Source: an uncultured Gammaproteobacteria bacterium
GTDB taxonomy: Bacteria > Patescibacteriota > Microgenomatia > CAYQLK01
DNA length: 64,000 nt
Direction of reading: 5' to 3'
Assembly: GCA_964445355.1 (NCBI GenBank)
Contig: CAYUKQ010000004.1
Location: forward strand, 1,028-65,027
Of the stretch, positions 48,897 through 59,292 are shown piece after piece. A program made the translations under genes and the position numbers. Position 1 is the stretch's first letter. The number at the start of each line of letters is the position of its first letter. The notes below the pieces were generated by a model. It searched no databases. It saw nothing but the letters and a program-made list of their open reading frames with translations, and was not told the DNA's origin.

Positions 48897-50759
48897 TTAC
48901 TGAATTATTTCCTGTGTGGCAGAAATTGGTTGCGAGTTGGTCTGATCTGTATCGGTTTGTGTAGTGCCGTCTATTTGGTTGGCAAGAATATCCTTAGGAT
49001 TGGACGTGACAAGCTTGTCTTCGTTTGGTGAGGCAATAACGCGCATTGCCACGTGTGAGCTACCGGCGAAAAACAATCCTTCACCAACGTCGGCACCGAG
49101 CAATAGGTGTTTTTCCCCATCAGTTAGGTAAAAGACTTCTGCAAGCTTGTCGATTGCCGCCGCAGACTGTTTGAGTAGTATTTGAATACTTGAGTTGGTA
49201 ACAATCGCCTTTCCGTATTCAGTACTGAGGAAGTCTTCGACATCCTGAGTAATGGTTGTTAATCCAAGGTAGTATTTGCGTGCACGCTTGGCGATCGAAT
49301 ACATAAAACTCGCGGAATCCGGATATTGCATCATGTACCAAGCCTCGTCGACGATGAGAATGCGTCGTTTTAGGTCTCTTTTTACTCTGGTCCAGATAAA
49401 ATCAAGAATAATGTACATGGCGATTGGGCGAAGTTCGGCTTCGAGGTTTTTGATCCCAAATACAGTAAAAGTATTACGTAGGTCCATATTAGAATATTGG
49501 TCAAAAATTCCAACCAAAGATCCTTTGACAAATTTTTCAATTCTTTCTGCAAGTGTTTTGGCTTGTGGTTCTTCCATGCCGATTAATACTTTGTATAAGT
49601 CTTCCATTAGCGGAGGTTGAAGTGTTTGTGTTTGAGGACTGTCAGCAACGATACCTTTGTTTTTGTAGGTTTGGACAAGTGCCCGATCCAGGATTGCGTC
49701 TTCGGTGGCGGATAGCTGTCCCATAATGACGCGGAATAAGCCGTGCAGTGAGAGGATTTTGAGTCCTAGTTCGTTTTCTTCTTCGTACGTTCCTGAGAGG
49801 TCGAAGGGGTTGATCTTGGTGTCGGACTTGAAATCGAAACTGATATATTCTCCGCCGATGGCGTTGCAGAGATTTTTGTACTCTTCTTCAGGGTCAATAA
49901 TGATGATTTCTGTGCCGAACATTAAATATCTTAAAGCTTCGAGTTTGGTCATGTAGGATTTTCCACCTCCGGATTTGGCAAAAACGACGGTGTTAGCGTT
50001 TTCTAGACTGAAACGATCAAAGATGATGAGTGAACCGTTGTGTTCATTAAGTCCATACATGATCCCCTCGTTGCTGGTTAAAGAGCTTGAAGTGAAAGGA
50101 AAGGTTGTTGCCAGTGAGGTGGTATCCATGTTGCGAGTAACAAGTAGTTTGTCGTGACCGTAAGGCAGGGTTGTTTTGAAGCCATCTTCCTGTTGTAGTG
50201 TGGCGTGTTTGGAGATAACTAAAATAGAACCTAACAGACTCTCAACCTGTTTAGTAATATTTACCAATTCCTCTTTGGTTTCTGCAGGGATGGTGATGTA
50301 GAGTCCAAATTGGAAGAATTTTTCTGCACCTTTGGCGATATTCTGCTGGAAGGTTCGAGCGTCATCAAGTGTAACCTCAAGGTTTGGGTCAATGATCTTG
50401 CCGCGCTGGACGTCCGTGGAGATCGTGGCTTCCATTTCGCCGATTTTGCGCTTCATGTCCTGAAGAACGGCTTGTGCGTCAACCGGATAGTGAAACATTG
50501 ATATTTCGAGTGTGTGGTTGAAATTGATTAATGGAGAGAGCCAGTTGGCGCCGACATAGCGCGGATAGCCAATTATAAAGAGTGTTTTGAAGTATGTTTC
50601 ACCAATTTTGATGAAGTCAAAGTCGACTTCAATGGCTGGTGGTGCAATGATATCGCGAACAGAAACCGTACCTTGCGCGACAGCTTTGGCTTGTGCTGAG
50701 ACTAATTCGGGAGCATTTTGAGGTGATTGGTTGGGATTTTTTTTGCCGAATAGTTTCAT
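48897..50759 (-). CDS. virB4: VirB4/TraC-like T4SS ATPase
   Basis: IFDRFSLENAN, Walker A AKSGGGKS, IIDPEEEY, INPFD, Walker B ILIVDEAW, RARKY...ITQDVEDF. Confidence 0.9.
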   Translation of the reverse strand: MKLFGKKNPNQSPQNAPELVSAQAKAVAQGTVSVRDIIAPPAIEVDFDFIKIGETYFKTLFIIGYPRYVGANWLSPLINFNHTLEISMFHYPVDAQAVLQDMKRKIGEMEATISTDVQRGKIIDPNLEVTLDDARTFQQNIAKGAEKFFQFGLYITIPAETKEELVNITKQVESLLGSILVISKHATLQQEDGFKTTLPYGHDKLLVTRNMDTTSLATTFPFTSSSLTSNEGIMYGLNEHNGSLIIFDRFSLENANTVVFAKSGGGKSYMTKLEALRYLMFGTEIIIIDPEEEYKNLCNAIGGEYISFDFKSDTKINPFDLSGTYEEENELGLKILSLHGLFRVIMGQLSATEDAILDRALVQTYKNKGIVADSPQTQTLQPPLMEDLYKVLIGMEEPQAKTLAERIEKFVKGSLVGIFDQYSNMDLRNTFTVFGIKNLEAELRPIAMYIILDFIWTRVKRDLKRRILIVDEAWYMMQYPDSASFMYSIAKRARKYYLGLTTITQDVEDFLSTEYGKAIVTNSSIQILLKQSAAAIDKLAEVFYLTDGEKHLLLGADVGEGLFFAGSSHVAMRVIASPNEDKLVTSNPKDILANQIDGTTQTDTDQTNSQPISATQEIIQ

Positions 50760-50766
50760 AGTTTGT

Positions 50767-51765
50767 TTAGCTTGTCGGAGATTTTAAGGCGTCTAAGGCT
50801 TTTAGAATATCAGGATCGATTGTTTCATTAGAGCTGGATGTGGGTGGTGTCTGACTAATAGCTGTGTTGCTGGTCGGTACTTGTTGGGGTGCCAAGTTGA
50901 AGGTTGATTGGTTGGCTATTGGTGAGTAGATTGTTTGGGTCGGTTCGGTTGGAGCCTGGTTGATTTGGGTAGTTTGAGGTTGTACTGGGGGGATATTTTG
51001 TATTGCCGGTTGTGGCTGATCAACAATTGGTTGTGCTGGGATGGTTGGGTTTTGGGTAATGGCAGCAGGTTGTGTAGGAAGTTCTTCGATCGGAGCTGAG
51101 ACTGCAGGCGTGACGATTGGTGTGGTGTAAGAGCCGGCCGCCTCGGTAATTTTTTGCAGACCGACCTCGCTAGGATTATAAATGTCGAAATACAATTCGA
51201 TAAGCTCTTGGGTGGTAAGCTGAAGTGTTTTGATGCCGAGTCTGCCAAATTGTTGGAATAAATGATCGCGTTTGGGATAGAGGTTGGTTTTGACGGTTTC
51301 GATATAAGTTTGCATATGGTTGCTGTCACGCTGGATGTTGCCGAGTGCGGCTCCTTTTACTCCGAGTTCAAGCGGATTAAATGGGATAATGACATAAAAT
51401 TTTTTTTCCAAAACGTTGTTTTGTTTAACAATTCCCTGGATGAACTGTAAGTATTCGTAAATTTGGCGTTTAATGTCTGGGTTGGCCTGGTGCGCTTCGG
51501 CTTGAGTAATAAGTTGGATGTAGGCGCTAAGATCGATTTTTTTGCTACGAATAACAATTTGTGTGGTGAAGTTTAGCGAGTTAAGCAGTCCCGCGTAAGA
51601 ATAAATAATCGAGTCCTGCTCATCGACCGAGAGTAGTTGAAAGTTGACGGCTGCGGTTTGGATGACGATGGCTGCTGAATTGTCCTTCAGAATTACAACA
51701 TCATCGCGAATATCAACAATCTCTAGATGTTCCTGGGTTGATGATTTAATCGGGGCAGATTTCAT
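50767..51765 (-). CDS. VirB4-associated (TraC N-terminal-like) protein with Pro/Gln/Thr tail
   Basis: STQEHLEI.DIRDDVVILKD, VNFQLLS..EQ, LNSL.F..QI; between PrgI and VirB4. Confidence 0.72.
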   Translation of the reverse strand: MKSAPIKSSTQEHLEIVDIRDDVVILKDNSAAIVIQTAAVNFQLLSVDEQDSIIYSYAGLLNSLNFTTQIVIRSKKIDLSAYIQLITQAEAHQANPDIKRQIYEYLQFIQGIVKQNNVLEKKFYVIIPFNPLELGVKGAALGNIQRDSNHMQTYIETVKTNLYPKRDHLFQQFGRLGIKTLQLTTQELIELYFDIYNPSEVGLQKITEAAGSYTTPIVTPAVSAPIEELPTQPAAITQNPTIPAQPIVDQPQPAIQNIPPVQPQTTQINQAPTEPTQTIYSPIANQSTFNLAPQQVPTSNTAISQTPPTSSSNETIDPDILKALDALKSPTS

Positions 51766-51767
51766 GA

Positions 51768-53768
51768 TTAGGATGGTAAGTTTTTAGCTTTTATGGCAAA
51801 CGGATCGAGAAGTTTACCATGTGTTTCGAAGGCAATTGTATCAAAGTTTAGGCCTTCGAAATCGGTCTGAATTGTGTAGGTACCGTTGGGGAGCGGGGTG
51901 ACAGAGATAAATTGACCCAGGCCGTTGGTCTTGAATGCCCGAACAGGTTTGCCGGTGTGATCATAAACAGAAATCAGTGCGCCTTCGACCAGTCCGCCGT
52001 GATTGTCGTAGACAACACCATTGGGGGTGTTGGGGTGTTCGGAAAGATTGATTTTGACTTCGGCTTTGGGTGCTTGCTGGGCTTGGTTTTTTTGGTAGTT
52101 AAAAGGCTGAACGATACTGGCGTGCTTAGGGGCGGGATTGGAATCGGTTTGTACAGGAGCGGTTTGGGGTTGATCTTTGGGTTTTTCGACTAAATTTGGA
52201 CTTGGGGGGGCGATGAAATCCTTTGATGATTTTTGTTCAACCCGACCGGCTTTTAAGGGTTCAAAATCTTTAACTTTTTTGATTTGTTCAATAGCTATTC
52301 CCCCAGCGACCTTGATCGGTTGAATTGAAGGTGCAGTTTGGGGTTCGGTTTGCTCGAAGCGTTTTTTTAGTTCGCTGCTTACGTCGAATTGTCTCTCTCC
52401 TAGGATCGGTAGACGCGGTTTGGAGAAGTCGGGTGGACGATTTTTTAGTTTGCGAATCCTGGTATCGCCAATTCCTTGAAGGAATTGGAGCTCTCGACCA
52501 GGAATCATAATGACATTGTCACCAAAGTTAATATCGGAGGCGATTTGAGCTGAGATCGAAATTTGGCTATTAAGAGCAGAAAAATTGCTGGAGGGGTGCG
52601 GAGAAACGGTTGTTTTTTTGCCGAGGTTGGGGAGTAGGTGTTTTTGAAAAAGATCGGGAGTTGAGGTGTTGATACTTGATTCGGAGAGGTCTTTGTTTTT
52701 TTTGAATTCTTCCCAAGCTTGGGAAAATTTCTGCTGTTCTTGCTCGATACTGGCTTGTTGTTTAAGTATTTCAGCTTCTTTGGTTTTGATTTCTTCCTCA
52801 ATTTTTTTCTGAGCTTGTAGAACTTGGTCTAGTTCAGCAAGTTTTTGTTTGGAATCTTCGATCGTTTTGGCCCCATGCTGATTCGGGGCAGTGTTAGCGT
52901 GTTGGCTGTAGGGTAAGATTTTGGTATCAATATTAGGATTTTGCTGTGGTGACACACTGACGGTTGTGTTTTCGGGTCTTTTACTGATTATGATTTGAGG
53001 AGGAGTGGTCGGGTTTTTGTCAGATAATTGCTTGCTGAGCAGATCTAATTTTTTCTGTTTTTCTTCTTCGAGTTTTATCTTGGTTGTTTCAAGCTCTTTT
53101 TGTTTTTGGATCAAGGCTAATTCTTGCGCCTTAATCTCTTCAGCTTTGGCTTGAAGCTGAGACGATTTTGGTGCAGCTTGAATCGTGGCGTGTTTCTCCT
53201 TGATAGGGGCTTGGTAGGGGGAATAGGGGTTGAGTTGGTTGGCAAGTTGGTTTTGGGGCGGGATAGAAGACAATGGTGCGATAGTGGAGGCAAGATTACT
53301 GATTTCGGTTAGGTATTGGTTCTCTTGTTGGTCGAGAGAGTTGGTCGATTGAGTATGCGATTGTTTCGATAACAGTGTTTGTAAATCAGCGCGACTGAGT
53401 CGATTACCGGATAGTGTTTGTATGGCCGGATTAACAGGCGCGGGTTTTAGGAAATTAGCTTCAAGAAAGTAAGGAACGTGATTATCCTTGATCCAAATTC
53501 TCTGTGTAGGTCTGCTGATTGATCGGATAAAAGCTACGATCCATTTGTCTAGCGGTCTGCCCTGCAGTGGTACGGCGGCAAAAGTTATTCCGCCGATTAC
53601 AAAGATAGCGGCTATTGGGTAAGCGACGGTTTTTGGAAGAGGTGAAAAGTAGAAAATTGCAGCAATAATTCCTCCAAAAGCAACATAAATGAATTGGCGA
53701 ATGGTAAATGGCCCAAAAAGTTTGAACTCAAAAGTGGTTATATTTTGCGGTACGGCATGCTCTTCCAT
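51768..53768 (-). CDS. PrgI-family (VirB3-like) protein with coiled coil and C-terminal carboxypeptidase-regulatory-like domain
   Basis: HAVPQNITTFEFKLFGPFTIRQF, 2 TMs, GRPLDKW; C-terminal GVVYD..G..VEGALI...TNGLGQF...L.NGTY. Confidence 0.8.
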   Translation of the reverse strand: MEEHAVPQNITTFEFKLFGPFTIRQFIYVAFGGIIAAIFYFSPLPKTVAYPIAAIFVIGGITFAAVPLQGRPLDKWIVAFIRSISRPTQRIWIKDNHVPYFLEANFLKPAPVNPAIQTLSGNRLSRADLQTLLSKQSHTQSTNSLDQQENQYLTEISNLASTIAPLSSIPPQNQLANQLNPYSPYQAPIKEKHATIQAAPKSSQLQAKAEEIKAQELALIQKQKELETTKIKLEEEKQKKLDLLSKQLSDKNPTTPPQIIISKRPENTTVSVSPQQNPNIDTKILPYSQHANTAPNQHGAKTIEDSKQKLAELDQVLQAQKKIEEEIKTKEAEILKQQASIEQEQQKFSQAWEEFKKNKDLSESSINTSTPDLFQKHLLPNLGKKTTVSPHPSSNFSALNSQISISAQIASDINFGDNVIMIPGRELQFLQGIGDTRIRKLKNRPPDFSKPRLPILGERQFDVSSELKKRFEQTEPQTAPSIQPIKVAGGIAIEQIKKVKDFEPLKAGRVEQKSSKDFIAPPSPNLVEKPKDQPQTAPVQTDSNPAPKHASIVQPFNYQKNQAQQAPKAEVKINLSEHPNTPNGVVYDNHGGLVEGALISVYDHTGKPVRAFKTNGLGQFISVTPLPNGTYTIQTDFEGLNFDTIAFETHGKLLDPFAIKAKNLPS

Positions 53769-54028
53769 GGTTATGGATTTTTAAGATTTTGCCTGCAAAA
53801 TTGTATGTTTGAGGTATTAAAAGTAGGGCAGGCTTATCTGGTTTTGGATTGTAGCAGAAAAAAATATAGGTTGCAGTGAAAAAAAGTGCGTGAAATTTTT
53901 GAGGCTAAATTAAATTGAATTTATTCGGCTAAATACTAATTTTTTGTGTCATGATAACGAAGCTAAATAAAATAACTATGGGATTACTAATTAAGGCTAA
54001 TAATGATATAATGGGGTATAGTTAATTT

Positions 54029-56311
54029 ATGCCAGACACAGAGCGACATACAATTAGTCTAGAAGACCAGGCGAGGGTTGAAAATCAACCCTTGGCGAGT
54101 ACGCAAGCCGAGGCTCAATTGTTTGAAATTATCGATAGAACCATGGGGGTTGAGCCGCAGAATTCGGCGCAAACTGAGTACATAGAACAGGTTGGTTATA
54201 TACGAGAATTGAACGCGCTTGAGTCAGAACTGGCTGGTGTACCTCAAGAACAAGTGGAATTGCGAAGGCAACTTGAGGCCAGGAGAAATGAATTGCGGAC
54301 AAATCTTGAGGTAATGGTTAGGACGGAAAAGGACAAGGAAAGATATGTTGATGTGAGTTTGAGGCTGTTTACGAGGCTTCAAACACAAAAAGAAACAGCT
54401 TTGCTTACTGTTAAAACATTTACCGGATTGAGACCTAATGCTAATGAAATTATGGGGCCGATCAATGGTTTTCGAGACAGGATTGAGTCCTTAAGAAAAG
54501 AAGGTGATCCAGGTTCTCAAGAACGAAAAGATGCGGAACTAAAAGCTGCAGCTTTGGAGTATGAGTTCAGTAAAGTCAGAGCGGAGGTTGAAGAGGCAAT
54601 TAAGAATTATAATCCCGTAAGGTCGTTGAGGTTGAATGCTTTGACGGAATTAGAATTAGCGGAAGATCAGCGTGTGGCTAGGGACAATCCGCAGATCAGA
54701 GAATTGTTAAAAATTCTTAACGATCCTGAGCTGAGCCAGAGATTTGGTAAAGAAGTGGAAGATTTTAGAGATGAATATAACGCTTTGGTGCGAATTCACA
54801 ATTTTGCGGTTGCGGGGAGAGGTAAGGGGGCGGTTGAAATTACTACTGCTTTGGGTGAGTTAGATCAGGCTGCGCTGGTAGAGCTATTTGGGGCAGATGA
54901 ATTGAGACAGGATATTATTGGTGCGTATATTGTTGATCGGAATGTTTTTTCAAGATTAGACGGTTTGATTTTGAATCAAGATGAGGCAGAAGCTGTTCTT
55001 GAGGAGACTACAGTGTTAGGGAACAACAAGCGAACTTTTGTGCGGACTAGTGTGCCTGATCCGAATAATCCCGACAGAGAGATTGATTTGGAGACACTGT
55101 ATCGAACCACAAGCTCGGAAGCTGAAAAGAAAGCATTAATAGATAGATACGCAGATAAACTAACAGGTGGATATAAGACAAAAAAGGCCTGGGAAAAGAA
55201 GTATGTTGATGATGTGTTGAGTGCGGAATTTTTTACAGAGGAACAGAAGAGTGATTTTAGAAGGCGTGAGGGTATCGATGAGAGTGTGGCTGATGCTGGA
55301 TTAATTGCAATGATTGAGGCTAGTTATGAGTACAAGTCCAGAAAAATAATTTTAGGACAGCATTTGGATAATATGGTTGGTTTTTTAGAAACGACCGTCG
55401 CTCCAATGGCTATTAAGCCGATTAAAGTTAAAACGCTCGAACCCTTGAAGAATGGGGGTACAGAGGCTTATATATTCGCCGGCAAGTATAAGGATAATCC
55501 TTTGGTTAAAGCCAGATATCCGCAGGATGTGCTTGAGTCGGGCGGTAAGGTGAATTCGAGAATTATCGATATAACAAACCCAATATTTGATAAAGGGTTT
55601 TATAAATACACCGATCCAGGATTTAAGTTGATGACGGAGATTTTTAAAATGGAAGAACCAACTGTTGACCAGGGGCAGGATAAGGTTGTGGCTTGGCTGG
55701 ACGGTTTTAAGTCTGCCGATGTGTTGAGTAGGATTCGAGAGAATCCTGAAATAGTGAATAAATTAAAAGACGATGTTTATAAAGATGCGGTTACGGTGCA
55801 ATCGTCGGAGATGTATGACAAGTTCGAAGCTTTTCAGAGAGAACCCAGTGAAGAGTCGGCAAAGGCGCTGATGGCGAGTTATTTTTCTAAAACCCCTGAG
55901 GATCGGCGCAGTTTTAATATGGATGTAATTGAGGCACTACTGAAGTACAAAATGAAGATTAATGGTATTTATGCCTTTAAGGATTTCAATGAGCGAGGAA
56001 ATTGGGGAGCAAGAAGGGCCGAAGATTATATTAAGAAAGCCAGGGAAGCGGGGCTAATCGGGTTAAGGGAAGAAAATGAGTTGATGCGACGAATTTTTAC
56101 GGGAGCTTCACTGCCAATTGGTTTTGGTAGGAGAATTCAGATTACTCCAGGAGGGCGGTTCGGTAAGGAAGTTTTTAGTAAACCTTTGGAGTTTGCTGGG
56201 GCATATACGAAGGAAGTTTTTGGGATTAAAAATATTATGAGTACAGGAAAGAGTTGGCTCAAGACTTTGTTTAATGAAAGTGTGTCCCAGATCAAGTCTG
56301 ATTTGAAATAA
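54029..56311 (+). CDS. Hypothetical charged helical/coiled-coil protein (760 aa)
   Basis: Long ORF, no TM, signal peptide or recognised motif. Confidence 0.8.
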   Translation: MPDTERHTISLEDQARVENQPLASTQAEAQLFEIIDRTMGVEPQNSAQTEYIEQVGYIRELNALESELAGVPQEQVELRRQLEARRNELRTNLEVMVRTEKDKERYVDVSLRLFTRLQTQKETALLTVKTFTGLRPNANEIMGPINGFRDRIESLRKEGDPGSQERKDAELKAAALEYEFSKVRAEVEEAIKNYNPVRSLRLNALTELELAEDQRVARDNPQIRELLKILNDPELSQRFGKEVEDFRDEYNALVRIHNFAVAGRGKGAVEITTALGELDQAALVELFGADELRQDIIGAYIVDRNVFSRLDGLILNQDEAEAVLEETTVLGNNKRTFVRTSVPDPNNPDREIDLETLYRTTSSEAEKKALIDRYADKLTGGYKTKKAWEKKYVDDVLSAEFFTEEQKSDFRRREGIDESVADAGLIAMIEASYEYKSRKIILGQHLDNMVGFLETTVAPMAIKPIKVKTLEPLKNGGTEAYIFAGKYKDNPLVKARYPQDVLESGGKVNSRIIDITNPIFDKGFYKYTDPGFKLMTEIFKMEEPTVDQGQDKVVAWLDGFKSADVLSRIRENPEIVNKLKDDVYKDAVTVQSSEMYDKFEAFQREPSEESAKALMASYFSKTPEDRRSFNMDVIEALLKYKMKINGIYAFKDFNERGNWGARRAEDYIKKAREAGLIGLREENELMRRIFTGASLPIGFGRRIQITPGGRFGKEVFSKPLEFAGAYTKEVFGIKNIMSTGKSWLKTLFNESVSQIKSDLK

Positions 56312-56335
56312 CTCCAAAAAGATTAAATTATTTCC

Positions 56336-58045
56336 TTATCTTCGATTTTCGTATGGGTTAGCGGTACGGTTGTTTTGCTGGGCGGCTCTTTGTGGGGTCG
56401 TGGTTGGTCCGGCTGGCCCCGGCCTACCTGGAGTGATCGGACTTGAAGCTCCTTCCTGACGGGACAGTCGGTCATATCTGCGCTGAGCACTCCATGGGTT
56501 GAAGGTATTGTTGAGTTTTTCCTGTCCAAAATCATTTACTCTGGTTTTGGCGCGACTAGCAGCACCATTGAAAGGTTGTCTGGCCATTCCCCATCCTGCG
56601 CCAGCGACGGCGCCAGCAGCACCGCCAATTGTTCCGCCAAGTCCACCGCCTTTGACTTTGAAGGCGTCTTGAGCGATCTTGGCTGCTGAAGGGATACCTA
56701 AGAGGATGCCAATACCAATAAGCGACTTAAGTGCGTTAGCGCCGTCTTCGTCAGTGAAGCCGCCCAGAAGTGGGGCATTCCAACCGTCGCCTTCAGTAAT
56801 TGTGGCTTCACCGGAGGTAATGCGGTCTTTGCCAACACCCATAAAATATGCAGCAAAAATAATCATCAGAATTGTAATAACAAAGGTAGCAAGTTGAGCG
56901 GCGATGTTGCGGATCCATGGACCAAAACCCGGCATGTTTGGCAGTACGCCGATACCGATCATGAGTGGACCAAAGATGGTGTAGAAAAAGACTTTTACGT
57001 AAGCGATCAGAAGCATGAAGAAGATACGGAAGGTTGCAACCAGCATCATAATGCCGATGACGGCGACGGCGAGCGCAGAAAGAATTTTGGAACTGAATTT
57101 TTCGATCAAGTCTGGCAAGCCGAATTGATCGATCGCTCCGCTGATAATGTCATCATTACTATTAAATATCCCGGAAATGTTTTTCAAAAAGAGATCTTTG
57201 AGCATAAAAGTAAAGACATTTCCTTCGTAATAAATATGATTAGAGTCGGCTTTGGCTACATTTTCGCTAGAGAGGATTTGGATCATGATGGCGATAAAAA
57301 AATTCATAAGATCGATCATTAGACCGACGATGGCATAGCTGAAGGTAATTAGAATTAAGCTAATAATGATTTTCGGAAGGACGGCTTGGATCGAAGCAAC
57401 GGAATTTGAGTTAAGGCGTTGTCTAAAAATGATCATGAAACCAATAATGATGAAAAAGATGACGTATAGAAGTAGGGTAAGGTTGCGAAAAGTGGTCCAA
57501 AGCGCTTGAGTTGGTTTCAGTCCGTCGTAGCCGCTTTGGGCGGCTAAAGTTTCTCCGGTGATTTTGGATTTGATATCCGCAATATATTGAACCCCAGAGG
57601 CTGGTTCTTCGGTATAAAGCAGAGAAATACTTTTCATTAAAAACGGTATTGCGGCGGCAGGTTGACAGTCGGTGGCGCCTGAGTTGATACATTCAAGTTC
57701 TTCATCGGTAGCCGGCAAGCCAGTGATTTGGCGGTTAATGCCGTAAGCGAGGTTATCCATTAGTCCGAGATTGAATTTTTGAAGGTTTACATCCTCTTCA
57801 TCAAGGGCATTTTTGTACTGACAGATAGATTGTTGGTAGGGCTGGACGGTTTTACCTACGCCCTGTTGGGGGTTTGAGATCGCGGAGCTGTCTGGACCGG
57901 CTGGAGCTGCGGATCCGGAGTCGGTTTCACATTCAAAAGGATCTTCTACTTGGGCTTGGGCGTTTTTGAGGCTGAAAAAGACGGTAAAAAGGGTGAATAT
58001 TGCAATGGTGGACAGGACAAGCTTAAGTCGCATTAGTTTAGGCAA
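56336..58045 (-). CDS. VirB6/TrbL-like polytopic membrane protein
   Basis: Signal peptide; W..FRNL...FIIIGFMIIFR...LPKIII.LILITFSYAI.GLMID; several TMs; Gly-rich C-tail. Confidence 0.7.
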   Translation of the reverse strand: MPKLMRLKLVLSTIAIFTLFTVFFSLKNAQAQVEDPFECETDSGSAAPAGPDSSAISNPQQGVGKTVQPYQQSICQYKNALDEEDVNLQKFNLGLMDNLAYGINRQITGLPATDEELECINSGATDCQPAAAIPFLMKSISLLYTEEPASGVQYIADIKSKITGETLAAQSGYDGLKPTQALWTTFRNLTLLLYVIFFIIIGFMIIFRQRLNSNSVASIQAVLPKIIISLILITFSYAIVGLMIDLMNFFIAIMIQILSSENVAKADSNHIYYEGNVFTFMLKDLFLKNISGIFNSNDDIISGAIDQFGLPDLIEKFSSKILSALAVAVIGIMMLVATFRIFFMLLIAYVKVFFYTIFGPLMIGIGVLPNMPGFGPWIRNIAAQLATFVITILMIIFAAYFMGVGKDRITSGEATITEGDGWNAPLLGGFTDEDGANALKSLIGIGILLGIPSAAKIAQDAFKVKGGGLGGTIGGAAGAVAGAGWGMARQPFNGAASRAKTRVNDFGQEKLNNTFNPWSAQRRYDRLSRQEGASSPITPGRPGPAGPTTTPQRAAQQNNRTANPYENRR

Positions 58046-58088
58046 GTATAGTTAGTATTTTATGCTTAATTAGTACTGATTTGCAAAA

Positions 58089-59273
58089 CTATTCCTTGCG
58101 AACCTCAATATCTCGTGGGGTGATTGTGCGCAGAATAATTTCTTTGGCTGTTTGAACACCACCTAGATATCCGGCCCAAACCTGATTGCTGGAGCCAAAA
58201 CCTTTAAGTCTGGTTGAGGCAGTGTCGGAAAATTCGCCTGAATTATGCTGGTTCCAGAAGTCCCCAGGACCAAATAATCTTAGACCGCCTGATTTTTTGC
58301 GAACAAGCGACTTCCATACAACATCAACGTAAGGAATTCGTGAGGAAATAAGTGAGCCGTTTTTGGTGAACTGTACAGATTCAGCAGCAGAGCCGGAGGC
58401 AGTGTAGAGGATAATATATTCCTCTCCCGGACCTTCACGACCTTCAGGTTTGGCAGGATCGGGGTTGAAATCTTTGGATTCTTTGACCAGGTCGTTAGGT
58501 GTAGTGACTTGCTGTAGTATCTGTGAAAGTGCAGCAAGTCTCGCAACTGAAGGTACGCCAATCAATAGATCCCTGCCTGGCTGACAAGACTCCGATTTGT
58601 CTTGATTGTCCGAGGTTGAAGAGATACAACCACGAGATGTCCAGTTGGTGACCAGAGGAAATTTTGCCCAGTACCTTCCCCATGTTTGATTCCAGGTTTC
58701 GTTTGATACTCCACCCTCAAGTCCCGGAGGTTGGGGTTTGCCCCAGGCGTCATAAAGATCTTTGATCGTTCGATAGTGTTGTCCGCAGTAGTCACCGTAT
58801 TCAGCAGCAGCTTCTTCGAGTTTGGTTGTGCCGTTTTTGGAAAGCTGATAAATAGTTTCAACGTATTTTTGTCTTAATAGATCGATGTTATTTTTGGGAA
58901 GGACTTTGATGAGTGGGCCGTTAAAATTGTTAAGCTCGTTGTTGGTGAGTTTTGAGAGGTCGGTTTTGCGATGTGAGTCGGTTTGAAACTTGCCTTCTAG
59001 ATAATTAGCCATTGAGCGCGCAAAAGGCAGAACAGGCTTATTGACTACAGCAGATACCCCCGAGGCGTTGACGACTGCACGTGGAGGCTGGTAGTCGTTT
59101 TCTGATTTGTTTTCGAGCTCATTCCAGCTAGGTATTTGATAAGTTGGGTTAGTACTATCCGGTGGCGCAGGTTGAGTACAAATTTTTGGTGGTGCCGCAA
59201 AAGTGTTTTTTGGAAGGAAAAAGAGTGTACTAGTTAAGCTTAGACAAAGACTTAGGCAGAAAAGTTTTTTCAT
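58089..59273 (-). CDS. Secreted hypothetical protein
   Basis: Signal peptide ending TFA-A; lies between pilins and VirB6-like gene. Confidence 0.72.
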   Translation of the reverse strand: MKKLFCLSLCLSLTSTLFFLPKNTFAAPPKICTQPAPPDSTNPTYQIPSWNELENKSENDYQPPRAVVNASGVSAVVNKPVLPFARSMANYLEGKFQTDSHRKTDLSKLTNNELNNFNGPLIKVLPKNNIDLLRQKYVETIYQLSKNGTTKLEEAAAEYGDYCGQHYRTIKDLYDAWGKPQPPGLEGGVSNETWNQTWGRYWAKFPLVTNWTSRGCISSTSDNQDKSESCQPGRDLLIGVPSVARLAALSQILQQVTTPNDLVKESKDFNPDPAKPEGREGPGEEYIILYTASGSAAESVQFTKNGSLISSRIPYVDVVWKSLVRKKSGGLRLFGPGDFWNQHNSGEFSDTASTRLKGFGSSNQVWAGYLGGVQTAKEIILRTITPRDIEVRKE

Positions 59274-59292
59274 TAAAATTCGTCACAAGGTT

